64,000 nucleotides of DNA from a virus (taxonomy: Duplodnaviria > Heunggongvirae > Uroviricota > Caudoviricetes), in IMG/VR virus record IMGVR_UViG_3300023371_000083; one strand, given 5' to 3'. The notes under the pieces were generated by a model. The model worked only from the letters and a program-made list of their open reading frames with translations, ran no database searches and was not told the DNA's origin. Within the stretch, counting starts at the first letter, position 1, and each line of letters opens with the position of its first letter. Below, in pieces: positions 51,501 to 62,047 of this stretch. Position numbers and translations under genes: made by a program.

Positions 51501-53449
51501 ATAGTAGAGAACAAACTAGCAGTACCATTCAAAACTTCTGCAAATAAAATTAGTGGTGCTACGCCATCAAATGTAACATATTCATGTGTAATTTTCTTAT
51601 CGTTGAATAAAACTACATTTTTGTTGTGGTCTACAATATGTCGATTATGTGGAACAGTATCAATAAAAATACCGGTATCATTATAAAAATTACTACGAAA
51701 TTGACCATTTGGATTTCTCCATAAGGCGAACTCATTTGTATGTGGAGATGAAGTACGAGATGAATAAACAGCACCCCAAGAACTAGGATCAACCGTATAT
51801 TGAAAATCTATTACAACTCTTGTATTAGAATTTGGAGTATACTCTGTATCAATATATTGACTGCCAGTAGACTCGATAAATGGTATCTCTTCATAAATAC
51901 CAATAATTTCATTTGTACTTAAACTATAATAAGGATAAAATTCTTCCATAGTAACATTCATTGTGCCATTTGGATGATCAGAAGAAATATTTTTAATAAT
52001 CCAATCTTTAATTTCGCCAGATTCACTATATTTAAATCTCACTTTTTCATTTCCTTGTAACCAAGGGATATACACCATATCTAAAGTAACTGTACAACCA
52101 ATACGAGATGATAAATATGTTTCATGTTCAGCTCTTGCGACACAATCATCTACAGCTTGAATATCATCGTACTCTCCGCCCTGAAATGATTTTAATCGTT
52201 CTCCAATTTTTTCAATCGCAAAAGGGGAATCTGGTGCTATTGTATATGAAATATGATCACAATGATGTTTTTTCACATCTGCTTTTTTTTCGTCAAGAGT
52301 AGGTTTTGTATTTCTTAATTTATTAACAGCCTGAATTTGCCATTGTCCTAAAGCATACATAGAATTTCTTCTGTATCTGAAAACAAAAGTAGAATTTGCA
52401 ACAAAGAAATTTGCTTCAATTGCTTCTTCTAGGCTATTTGTAATATTATATAAACCAACCAACACTTCTTCAGATGATTCGTCTTTTTTATTCTAAATCG
52501 CAATTTTTGATCCAGCGTTTGAATTAATGAATGGCATTTTAACTGCAAATTTTGTGCTTGTAGGTAAACTACCATCATCATTTAAAGCGAGTCCTTTGAA
52601 ATGTGCGGAGTATGTGTTTAAAGTAACATCATACTCACAAATTTCTGTATGATAATCTGTATCTAAGCATTTACCCCAAACCTTACTTACATTTCTAATG
52701 TCTTTCAAAACGCCATTATCAACTTCAGAAACATATAAATTTTGCAAAATATTGTTGTCTAAAACAATAGGATCGGACTCTTCCATAGGAATTTGTTTAC
52801 AAATAAATGTACCATCGGTATCAAAATACATTTCATAAGAAGGGTAAAGGTCTCTGAGTTTTGTTAAAATTGTCCACACAGTATCTGTCGCACTAAATTC
52901 TAAATCATAAGGAACAAGTTGTGGCATGTCTGCAATATTATATCTCGTAAAAGGAGAGAAGGTTGTTAATACATAAATCATTGCATCACGTACACTAACA
53001 TTTTCCTCAGCCTTAATTACAACCTCTAAATCTTCTAAACTGCCATCAACATCACCATTTAATTTACAGACCAAATCAGAGCAATTTACTTGTAGAATTC
53101 TTGTTTGTGGATTATAAGAATAATCTGTCATAACAAAAATACCTTTGTCATACCATAAAACATCCTCGTGAAAAGGTACTTGTACACCAAAGAAAATTTT
53201 TACATATTGATCAATCCAAAGCAATCTGTCTTCTGAAATGCCAACATTTTTATTGATAACACCTAATGTCATACTCAATGTATTTCTAATATCAGAATCA
53301 ACATTAGTTGAAATACTTCCAGATATATATTCATGCTTCATCTCATAAATTGTTTGAAATTTATCATTCAATAATAAAATCTTTACATGCAATATTTTTT
53401 GCGGAAATTTTAAAGCATCAATATCAATTTGGGTAGGGTAATAAGCCAT
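49610..53449 (-). CDS. giant tail-associated protein (Tal N-domain + tandem-repeat receptor-binding region, about 1280 codons) with in-frame TAGs at 52493 and 51302
   Basis: ORFs 52493..53449, 51302..52465 and 49610..51220 share one frame and are joined by TAGs. About 150-aa modules repeat four or more times (FIESTGSQYIDT...CLYDxVxxKYYYNxGxGxF). Confidence 0.55.
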
Positions 53450-54348
53450 TAATTACCCACCTCCAAAAATTCAACAAATCCATTATAATATAGATCTTCA
53501 TTACTATTTACATCGCCAACTTCAACGAAATTTACTGTTGTATGCACTAAGTCGGGATGACCATTTGTTGCTTCATTAATAGTATCAATTGCAGATGCTA
53601 GATAGATTCGACCATCATAGAATTTAACAATTTTAGTTCTTTGATTGTCAATGAAATCTCTAAACGCTTTTCTATATCTCCATCCATTATCGACATCCCA
53701 TTGACATGTATTTCTATTTAATTCAATCATAGCACCAGTCACAGAGAATTTATCATATCTTGACTGACCATAATAATAAACATAAGGGTATTTAGAATTC
53801 ACTGGTTCAATCATTGTAGATTTAATTTGTCTAGTCAGATTATCACTAGCGAAATCCAAAATTACTTGATATGTATTTGTTTTATCTACAATAAAGCAAC
53901 CATCAAATTCTACATCAACACTAATTGTTTGATAAGAACCTTCAACGCCATTAACAATAGGGACAGCAGCATACTCATATGTTGTATTTGATGCTACAAC
54001 CACATCATTAAAGAAGAAATCAAAGTCAGCTTCTGTTTTTACAGGGAATGTGTAAAGAGTAGACCATTTATAATCATCAACTTTTCTCTTTTTAATTACC
54101 ATGTCACTAATAGAAGCGAGTGTAAAACCAACATTACCAGCTAAAATATTGTTTTGGAATTTCGCATTCATTAATGTTGTATGACCCCATGTTGGAATAT
54201 TTGTGTCTGCCGGAGCAGAAACATCTGAATCCATCTACACTTCATCAAACACGGCATTAGTAATTTCTACATATTCCGTAGATTGTGGGGAAATAGGTGT
54301 TGCGTCTAAAGATGAGGCATAACTAACAAATCCTCCTAAAAACATCAT
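53449..54348 (-). CDS. siphovirus tail family protein (Dit-like) with in-frame TAG at 54235
   Basis: MMFLGGFVSYASS... runs in frame through the TAG into MDSDVS.... The ATGATG overlaps the upstream TGA. Confidence 0.45.
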
Positions 54349-55508
54349 TCTACATCACTTCCTTCCACAATTTCTTCAATGAGTTCTTCAGGATTAGATG
54401 GTTCTGGTATATTAACATCATTATTTTCTGGAATTTCTAATGGTGTAATAACTAAATCAAATAAACCATTTACATGTCGAACATAAATATGAACCTGCTG
54501 ATCCCCAATTAAAGGGGAAATACGATTACTTACTTGTCTATATTTTAACTGCTCAGAACCAACATAATGGAATGTAGTTAACTCCGCATAATATTTTACT
54601 TCTCCAGAATCATCAAAAGTCCCATAATTCCATGTAATTATTGCTTTTACTGATTTCATATTAAATGTAATCATTTTTGTGAAGTCTGGAATATTGCTTA
54701 ACCTCATATCCCATGTGAAATTTTTAGCAGAAAAACCAGAATCCCAATATACTGTCTCTCCATTTAAAAGACTAATTTTTTCATCATCAATATAAACCAA
54801 TTCTGATTCATCAATATTAGAATCGCCTTCTACTAAAACATAATGTGCAGACAGTCTGACACTACCTTCTTCTGCAATATTATCTGCTCTAAATGCTAAG
54901 AACATGTCTGGCTTTAAATAATCACACAGTACTTCAATAAAACCAGTATCAATCTCCATACCATGAACTGTTTCGCCAGTTGCACGAAGATAAAATGTAT
55001 TATCATCCACCAAACCTGTCACTCTTGTTATCATAGAGTCGCCAGAATATTTATAACCAGAATTATAAACAACGGTTGTTTGATTTGAAGCATAAAGGGT
55101 GACAATATATTCGTTTAGCAGCTCTCCATTTTCTTGAGAGTAATGTAATTCTGCATCAATATATGAACTTCTAATAGTTAATCCGTTTGTCACATTTGAA
55201 AAAGTAAATATTGGTGTCGCAAGACACTGAACGATAATAATATTACTCAATGGACTTTCAATATTTTCGTGATCAAACACAGATACTTGAACATTATAAG
55301 TAACACCATTTTGCAAAGTATTTGCGGGGATTGTCACATATGTTGTCATCGCATCATTTTTTTGATCATATACGATTGCATTAGTCGTGTTGTTTTTTAC
55401 AATAACTCTATTTGCAAAAATCTGAGAACCGTTATATGTGAACTGCAGTATATGGTTAAGTGTTGCATCAAAAGGTACTGAGTTTAATAAAATAGGGGAG
55501 ACCGCCAT
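54345..55508 (-). CDS. tail structural protein (387 aa)
   Basis: ORF with RBS AAGGCGGTGA. Confidence 0.4.
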   Translation of the reverse strand: MAVSPILLNSVPFDATLNHILQFTYNGSQIFANRVIVKNNTTNAIVYDQKNDAMTTYVTIPANTLQNGVTYNVQVSVFDHENIESPLSNIIIVQCLATPIFTFSNVTNGLTIRSSYIDAELHYSQENGELLNEYIVTLYASNQTTVVYNSGYKYSGDSMITRVTGLVDDNTFYLRATGETVHGMEIDTGFIEVLCDYLKPDMFLAFRADNIAEEGSVRLSAHYVLVEGDSNIDESELVYIDDEKISLLNGETVYWDSGFSAKNFTWDMRLSNIPDFTKMITFNMKSVKAIITWNYGTFDDSGEVKYYAELTTFHYVGSEQLKYRQVSNRISPLIGDQQVHIYVRHVNGLFDLVITPLEIPENNDVNIPEPSNPEELIEEIVEGSDVE

Positions 55509-55541
55509 TTAATAATCACCGCCTTATCTGTTTGGATATAT

Positions 55542-55775
55542 CTATAAATCATCTGGGTTTGTTTTGCCTTGTGGAAACAATACATGTACTGTTTCATTTA
55601 TTGCAAATGTAAATCCAGATTTAATTTCGTAATTTGCATCATAAATTTGAACTTTATATTTACCATTTGGTAAAACTCCAATGATTCGACCACGTTTTGT
55701 TATATCAAAGTTAAATTTTGTTTCTTGAATAATAATATTAAACGCATCAATCACTTTTTGTGTTTCAGGAGACAT
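55542..55775 (-). CDS. small structural-region protein; ends in TAG followed by 5 codons and TAA
   Basis: RBS GGAGGTGG before MSPETQ. Confidence 0.35.
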   Translation of the reverse strand: MSPETQKVIDAFNIIIQETKFNFDITKRGRIIGVLPNGKYKVQIYDANYEIKSGFTFAINETVHVLFPQGKTNPDDL

Positions 55776-55784
55776 AATCCACCT

Positions 55785-55817
55785 CCATATAAAAAGGAGA
55801 GGGGTCAACCTCTCCTT
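55785..55817 (-). terminator. rho-independent terminator (AAGGAGAGG-loop-CCTCTCCTT + T-run)
   Basis: Direct read on the minus strand. Confidence 0.4.
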
Positions 55818-57576
55818 ATCGTGTACTCATATACTGTTTGGCTAAATTAGGCAGATTCTGAATATCTCTAATAAAGCCACTTACATCTTGAACATTAGGT
55901 AATGCAATAGAATCAATATGATAAGAGTTCTGAATTGTACTAGATGGTCTAGGCACAATTGCACCACCGATTGTTTCCATAACAACTTTTTTAATATTTT
56001 CAGCAGGATTTATACCAAAATTCCAAAGATTTTTGGTAACATCTGCTGGTATTACAGAGCCGCCTTTGGCAATACGAACATACCTACCTTCATCTGGCTC
56101 AATGACAAATTCTGCACCTTTTTCATCGATATTATAAATATCAGATTTAAGATTTAAACCGCCTTTGGCTTTTTTCTTTTTCTTATCATCAGTTTTAATA
56201 ACCTGAGACCCATCAGTGCCACCAGAATATCCGTTTTGATTACGAATACTTTCAGCTTGACTGTGAGCTGCTGCCATGCCAGCTGTATCACCTTTAGCTT
56301 TTGCATCATTATATGCCTTTTGTGCAGCTTTAATTCCGTCAGAGTCTGACTGAGAGATTGTTGTAGAAACGCCGTTGCTACCATTAACGGTAACAGAGCC
56401 GCCTCCGCCACCGCCACCACTGCTAGGTCGACCGCCATTTCCACTACCACCAGATGATCCAGAACCACTAACGCTGATATTGACATTCATTCCTTCTTGG
56501 AATTCACTTTTTAATCCATTTGTAGCATCTGTTAATTCTCCAGTAGCATCTGTGTTGTCTTCAAGATTATCACTATTACCATGGATAGCATCTGTGTTTC
56601 CAGTTAAATTGGTTGAGTTTTTGTCTATATTTTTACTAGATTCTCTTAACTCTCTAACTTGTTCTTCGGTATACGCATTCGCTTCTTGTTTAGTAATAGT
56701 TTTACCAGTGTTGGGGTCAGTGTATTTTATTGTTGTCCAATAAGTTTCCCCACTATCACTATAACCATCGCTGACTACTTGCTTATTCCACCCAGACAAG
56801 TCTTCCCCTTTAGAAGATACTGATTTTTTAGTTCCATCAGGGTCGTAATGACCTCCACCAGATAATTGAACAAGTTTTTTCGCTTCTTCTGCTGTTAGTA
56901 CACCACTATCAATAAGTTTTTGTACCTCTTTTTGGTTTGAAGCATCTAGACCCCAAATAGATTTTGTTGTACCAATAATACCAGCTACAGGGGCTCCACC
57001 ATAAGCATCACTACGACTGTTTTCGTGGAATACAGTGCTATATCCATCAGCACCAATTCTATTGTAATCCTTGCCATCAACTAAAGGTCTTAATGTGCCA
57101 TCCAGATATTGTGCTCGTACAGCATCAGCCAATTCATGAAGGCGATCCATTAGTTCTGTATTGCCTTGTGCTTTTGCTGTATTCCAAGCTGCTTGTAGTT
57201 GTTTAACATAAGCCTGATCTTCAGGAGACATCATACTGTCATTGAAGTTTTCTAGTGTTCCAGAGACTATGCCTTCTATAATCTCTTCTTGCTCTAGAAT
57301 AGGTACTTCAAAATTACTAATTGCGTACGCCAAATCATCTAAAGCGTAAATCATATTACCAATTTTAACAGTATTTTCATCAACGCTGACGCTATTGCCA
57401 TCTAAAGAATCAATATTTTCAAATATTGAACCAAGCTGATCAGATGTTAAAGTATTGTTTTCGCCAATTGCTTTGGCAAGATACTCATCACCAATAATAC
57501 TGCGGATTAGTATCGATATGTTTCTCTGCAGTATCAATAATGTCTTGAGTTTTTTTGCTATTGTTATATAATGCAC
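55816..57576 (-). CDS. tail protein (586-aa frame) with Gly-rich linker; 5' end overlaps the TMP 3' end in another frame, so the start is uncertain
   Basis: Coding-like sequence begins right at the TMP stop (IIGDEYLAKAIGENN...) with no canonical start until MIYALDD. Confidence 0.4.
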   Translation of the reverse strand: MHYITIAKKLKTLLILQRNISILIRSIIGDEYLAKAIGENNTLTSDQLGSIFENIDSLDGNSVSVDENTVKIGNMIYALDDLAYAISNFEVPILEQEEIIEGIVSGTLENFNDSMMSPEDQAYVKQLQAAWNTAKAQGNTELMDRLHELADAVRAQYLDGTLRPLVDGKDYNRIGADGYSTVFHENSRSDAYGGAPVAGIIGTTKSIWGLDASNQKEVQKLIDSGVLTAEEAKKLVQLSGGGHYDPDGTKKSVSSKGEDLSGWNKQVVSDGYSDSGETYWTTIKYTDPNTGKTITKQEANAYTEEQVRELRESSKNIDKNSTNLTGNTDAIHGNSDNLEDNTDATGELTDATNGLKSEFQEGMNVNISVSGSGSSGGSGNGGRPSSGGGGGGGSVTVNGSNGVSTTISQSDSDGIKAAQKAYNDAKAKGDTAGMAAAHSQAESIRNQNGYSGGTDGSQVIKTDDKKKKKAKGGLNLKSDIYNIDEKGAEFVIEPDEGRYVRIAKGGSVIPADVTKNLWNFGINPAENIKKVVMETIGGAIVPRPSSTIQNSYHIDSIALPNVQDVSGFIRDIQNLPNLAKQYMSTR

Positions 57577-60500
57577 CAGTTAATTCAACTGTTTCAGTTT
57601 TAAATGCTGTGCCCCATAAATTATCTGAAGGAGGAGTAGTATATTTATTATCAATTTTTGTGCTAGTAAACTTACCGTTTTCATCTTTCGCATCAATACG
57701 ATAAGTGCCACCTTTAGTATAAATATAGTCTCCTACCTGGGCTTGAGAGGGTGCTTTGCCATCTCGCTGAACATACCAATGTTTTCTTGTTGTTTGTCCG
57801 CTTTGACCAGCATGTAGTGCTGCATCATCCATAGCAATGTACATCTGCATCATTGCTTGGAATAATTTCATTGTTTGCTGATAACTCTCATTAGTCTTCT
57901 TGTTTAACTCTTCTGTTAAATCAAAAATATCTTGTTGGATATCAAAATAATTATCTTTGAAATCTTTATAAACATCGATACGGTCATTTAAGATATCAGA
58001 TTCCCAATCTGCGCCTAAAAGTTGTTCTGCAATTAAGGCATTTTGATATTTTTCAAATAACTCAGGAATTTCAGACCATTTTTCCTGTAATTTCTCTAAT
58101 GCTTCTTTTTGCTCTTCAAGTTTAGAAATAGTTTCTTCATATCTTAAATCAGATAAAGCCTCTTCTGCTTCACGAATTGCGTCCTCATCAGCCTCATAAA
58201 TAAAGCCTAAACCTTTTCTCAATACTCTACGAGTCTTTTGAGAATTAGCTTTATCCAATGCGGCTTGGGCTTTTTGCAGGTCTAACGCTTCTCTGCGTTC
58301 TTCGTTAGCTTTGTTTAAAGCATCAATTTCTTCATCAATTTTTTTCGCTCTTTCATCAAGCAAATCATTGATTGCAGATAAAACAGAATCTTGATCTTCT
58401 TGCTCAAGTTCTTTGATTTCGATTTCTTTTTCAATACGAGCTTCATAATAAGACATGTATGCCTTCATTAGCGCTTTGATTTCATCTTTTTTGCCTTCAA
58501 AATCATCTTTTGCAAGTTGTCCAAGACGTTTTAGTGAACGAATCATTAAATCCTCATAATGAGCAATAGAGTCGCCCATAGTAGATTCGCTATCATTTAA
58601 AAGATCAATTAATATTTCAATATCATCAATTGTTGAATCAAAGTGTTTTTTCTCCAACTCTTCTATGGATTTCTTTGTTTCAAGAATAGAGTAGGAGAGC
58701 TCCGTCCATTGTTCGGCAGAATCTTTATTAGCATCATTTAATTCATAAGTTTCATCAATGATTTTTTCATACTTTTTAATCTGATCCTCAGACAAAGTAT
58801 TTAAACGCTCAATGTTATTGATTTTTAGATGGTCTGTTTTTGGGTCATATGTAACATTAAATCCGCCAGCTCGCAATTCAGCAACTTTATTTGCAATTTC
58901 CTTGTCTCTTGCATTATTTAATGCGTCTAGGGCATCTTTTTGCTCTTGATATAAACCAATCAGCTTGTCTTGTAACGCTATTTGCTCTGAAATATCGTCT
59001 GTATGCTCATATGCCTGATTTAGGTGTGTAATTTTTAATTCAACATCTTCTACAGCGTCAGATAAATCTTTAAATTTATCAATATCTGCTTGATAAGGAT
59101 CTGAAGACGAACCGCCTCCAGATTTACCACCGCCAACAGGAGCAGCATAATCTACCTTTGTTACAGCATTATTAATAGCACTACTAATATTTTGTGCTAA
59201 ATAATCCACAGTAGACATTCCAGACCTTTCTGCTTGTCTGGCAACTTTTCTTTGATTTGCTTTGCTAACAAGTTCTGCAGCAACACCAGCATTTACAGCA
59301 AGAGTTTTTAGTGCAGTTATTTGTTGGCTAAAATCTAAGCCTTGATTATTGGTTTGAATCATCTGAATCTGTAATTGATATAACATATCTCTTGTTACAC
59401 CAATCGCAGAATTTTCTTGAGCAAATTTTACAATTGATTCATCTGTTATTTTTGTTAGGTCTTGTGATGCTAACCATGCACTAGCTTTTGCTTGTGCTAA
59501 AGCATAATTCGCAACTTCAACGGCGTTTAATGCACCTTCTTGTTCTAACCAAGCAACTGTTGCATCATAATTATCTTCTGTGATATTTTTTAATGCTTCT
59601 GAATCATAAAAATATGCTGTGGCAAGATCATTAAATGCTTGTTGACATTTATTTATATCATTAGGAGAATTTGATATTACTTTTAAGAAATTATCATACT
59701 CTTTTGTGTAGCCTTTAAATTTTTCCGCAAATCCAGCATCAATTAAAGAGTTATAATCAAAACCTTCTCCATCTGCAACATCTTTGTAAATAGCATGGAA
59801 TGCTTTTAATTCATCAGATGCTGTGCTTAGATTTTTGATATCTCCTTCAACGCTAATTTCAATAGGGCTGCTTTCAATATCATCTTTTAACTCATAATAG
59901 TTTTCGTGTAGATTATGAGTTTCATTAGCTACAGACTCTGCGTCAATAATAGCATTTTCGCCTTCAAATACCGCACCAATTTGTAAGTTTCTATAATCAT
60001 CAGCGCCGTTTAATACTTCATTAGCATAATTCTCTAATTCTTCTGGTGTTAAAACGCCAACATAATTACCATTTTTATCAACAATGATAGGTGTGAAGTT
60101 AATTGCTTTTGTTCCATCTTTATTGCTATATGTAGATGTATATACAGTAGCAGATCCTTCTCCGGCATCTGTCCAACCTTTTTTAGCCAATTCTTTAGCA
60201 TCAATAACAGGTCGATTTGTTAAGTCAACATTTCCGCCTTGACCAATTTGTGATAATCTTTCTTCAATTGCAGCGGTAGAATCACCCAATGCTGCATCAT
60301 AAGACACAATAGATTTATCTAAAGTATCCATGCCAGATTCATAAATTGCCTGAAGTTCTTTTAATACTCTTTCATACGCAGTTCCTTCAAAAGCCCCGCT
60401 TTCAAGGGCGTTTGTTACCATTTCGTAAGAACTAGCATATTTAGTATATTGTTGAATTGCACTATCACGATAAGAACCCATTGAAGCCATATAATCAGCT

Positions 60501-61333
60501 TCTTGTTGTACCAATTTAATATATTCAGAACTATTTTTATCTGTGTCAGCAATTTGTTTACGAAGATCATTCAAATATTGAATATCATTTTTTGCGGTTT
60601 GTGCAATGCCTTCAATATTACTTTTAGCAGTATCTGCGTCACCGCCATAAACTAAATCACCGTCTGAAAGAGCATCGCCAACACCAAATAATTGGCTTAA
60701 CACAAGTCTCTGCTGTTCAATTTTTAGTAAGCGCTCTTGATAATCAAGTTGACGTTCTAAATATCCAAGATGTTTATTTTCAGCACTTGTACGATTTGAT
60801 TTTCCATTTAATTCATCGTACTCATTTTTCAGTGATTCTACTTTTCCAGTTAATTCATCTACAATTTCTTGCTGTTCTTCTGCTGTGATATTAACTTTAT
60901 CAAAGATGTAAATTGCACCTTCAATAGCAAGAGACGCTGCAAGCATAACACCCATATTTCCGGCAGCCTTTAAAATATTCTTTCCGAAATTTTTCAGCGT
61001 TACATTGGCACCATTAACAGAATTCATTAATTTTGAATCTGATAACGACTTACGATTTGTTGATGTTAAATATTTTTCAATTGATTTAGATGCGTCCCCA
61101 AACTCTGAGGCAATCTTAGATGGATCTTCGCCACCAAGATATCTTGTAATAATACCATTTGCAACATCTTTGCTAATTGTTGTTTTTCCACCAGTGAAAA
61201 AGCCTTTTAGGTCTTTTACCGAACAATTGACTTTTATATTATTGTCAAGATATAATATAAAATAGAGAGTAGGTGGAATTATGAAAAAAGATATATTTTT
61301 AAATACACAAATTTGCACCGTATGCGGATGCAT
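57488..61333 (-). CDS. tape measure protein, C-terminal 1281-aa part (long coiled-coil region)
   Basis: Very long alpha-helical/coiled-coil ORF typical of a TMP; stop TGA. Confidence 0.7.
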   Translation of the reverse strand: MHPHTVQICVFKNISFFIIPPTLYFILYLDNNIKVNCSVKDLKGFFTGGKTTISKDVANGIITRYLGGEDPSKIASEFGDASKSIEKYLTSTNRKSLSDSKLMNSVNGANVTLKNFGKNILKAAGNMGVMLAASLAIEGAIYIFDKVNITAEEQQEIVDELTGKVESLKNEYDELNGKSNRTSAENKHLGYLERQLDYQERLLKIEQQRLVLSQLFGVGDALSDGDLVYGGDADTAKSNIEGIAQTAKNDIQYLNDLRKQIADTDKNSSEYIKLVQQEADYMASMGSYRDSAIQQYTKYASSYEMVTNALESGAFEGTAYERVLKELQAIYESGMDTLDKSIVSYDAALGDSTAAIEERLSQIGQGGNVDLTNRPVIDAKELAKKGWTDAGEGSATVYTSTYSNKDGTKAINFTPIIVDKNGNYVGVLTPEELENYANEVLNGADDYRNLQIGAVFEGENAIIDAESVANETHNLHENYYELKDDIESSPIEISVEGDIKNLSTASDELKAFHAIYKDVADGEGFDYNSLIDAGFAEKFKGYTKEYDNFLKVISNSPNDINKCQQAFNDLATAYFYDSEALKNITEDNYDATVAWLEQEGALNAVEVANYALAQAKASAWLASQDLTKITDESIVKFAQENSAIGVTRDMLYQLQIQMIQTNNQGLDFSQQITALKTLAVNAGVAAELVSKANQRKVARQAERSGMSTVDYLAQNISSAINNAVTKVDYAAPVGGGKSGGGSSSDPYQADIDKFKDLSDAVEDVELKITHLNQAYEHTDDISEQIALQDKLIGLYQEQKDALDALNNARDKEIANKVAELRAGGFNVTYDPKTDHLKINNIERLNTLSEDQIKKYEKIIDETYELNDANKDSAEQWTELSYSILETKKSIEELEKKHFDSTIDDIEILIDLLNDSESTMGDSIAHYEDLMIRSLKRLGQLAKDDFEGKKDEIKALMKAYMSYYEARIEKEIEIKELEQEDQDSVLSAINDLLDERAKKIDEEIDALNKANEERREALDLQKAQAALDKANSQKTRRVLRKGLGFIYEADEDAIREAEEALSDLRYEETISKLEEQKEALEKLQEKWSEIPELFEKYQNALIAEQLLGADWESDILNDRIDVYKDFKDNYFDIQQDIFDLTEELNKKTNESYQQTMKLFQAMMQMYIAMDDAALHAGQSGQTTRKHWYVQRDGKAPSQAQVGDYIYTKGGTYRIDAKDENGKFTSTKIDNKYTTPPSDNLWGTAFKTETVELTGALYNNSKKTQDIIDTAEKHIDTNPQYYW

Positions 61334-61766
61334 ATCCGAAGGGGCTGGCGACAGGCAATGTTATTATTGCAATGGCAAAACAGCCGTGTTAGAAGGAATT
61401 AATTTCTGGAATTTTGATGGTCATCGTGGAGATCTTGTTTTAACAACACAAGAAGATAGAGATAAAATTAGATTAAATTTCCAGCCAAAAGAAATGTATG
61501 ACCAAAGGGCATGGTTATGTCGTGAACACTATGAAGAATCTTGGCATAAGTTTGGAATTCCAGATGATATTTGGGGTACAAAATATCAAAATATAATAAC
61601 CGAATATAATCCAGATGTAATTCCTGCTCAATGTCCTCATTGCACCAGCTACTTCACAACAAAAATATCAACTGGTAGTAAACTATTCTCTGTTGGCTTA
61701 TTTGGTCTTGCATCAAATAAAGTAGGGAAACAATGGTATTGCCACACTTGTAAAACTTATTTCTAA
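61281..61766 (+). CDS. zinc-ribbon (N- and C-terminal CxxC pairs) protein on the opposite strand, inside the TMP interruption
   Basis: ORF with RBS GAGAGTAGGTGGA. Confidence 0.4.
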   Translation: MKKDIFLNTQICTVCGCISEGAGDRQCYYCNGKTAVLEGINFWNFDGHRGDLVLTTQEDRDKIRLNFQPKEMYDQRAWLCREHYEESWHKFGIPDDIWGTKYQNIITEYNPDVIPAQCPHCTSYFTTKISTGSKLFSVGLFGLASNKVGKQWYCHTCKTYF

Positions 61767-61824
61767 GGTGATGACCAATGAAATTGAATCAGAATATAGC
61801 AAATTTAATCTATGAATATGTTTC

Positions 61825-61974
61825 GCAAAGTTAAAGAATTTTTTAATAATATAACAGAAAAACAACAAAATATTATTTGTGGTGTTTCTGGTGTTATATT
61901 TGCCTTAATTATGGCAAAACTTTGTGAGATTATAGGTATTTGGATGTCTGAAATTTTCTTTTTATAAAATAGTG
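61825..61974 (+). CDS. small single-TM protein (49 aa)
   Basis: Direct read; followed by the hairpin GCAGGGGAGCAATCCTCTGC and a T-run. Confidence 0.3.
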
Positions 61975-62047
61975 CAGGGGAGCAATCCTCTGCTTTTGCT
62001 TTTCTTGACAATTTGTAGAAGCAAACTACAATTATTTTTTTTATCAA

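Noticed and set aside
61290-61320. Sequence CACCGTATGCGGATGCATATCCGAAGG resembling a group II intron domain V
   Set aside because: It lies inside the coding frame of the zinc-ribbon ORF (CTVCGCISEG) and lacks the flanking domain VI or a GUGYG 5' end; likely coincidence.
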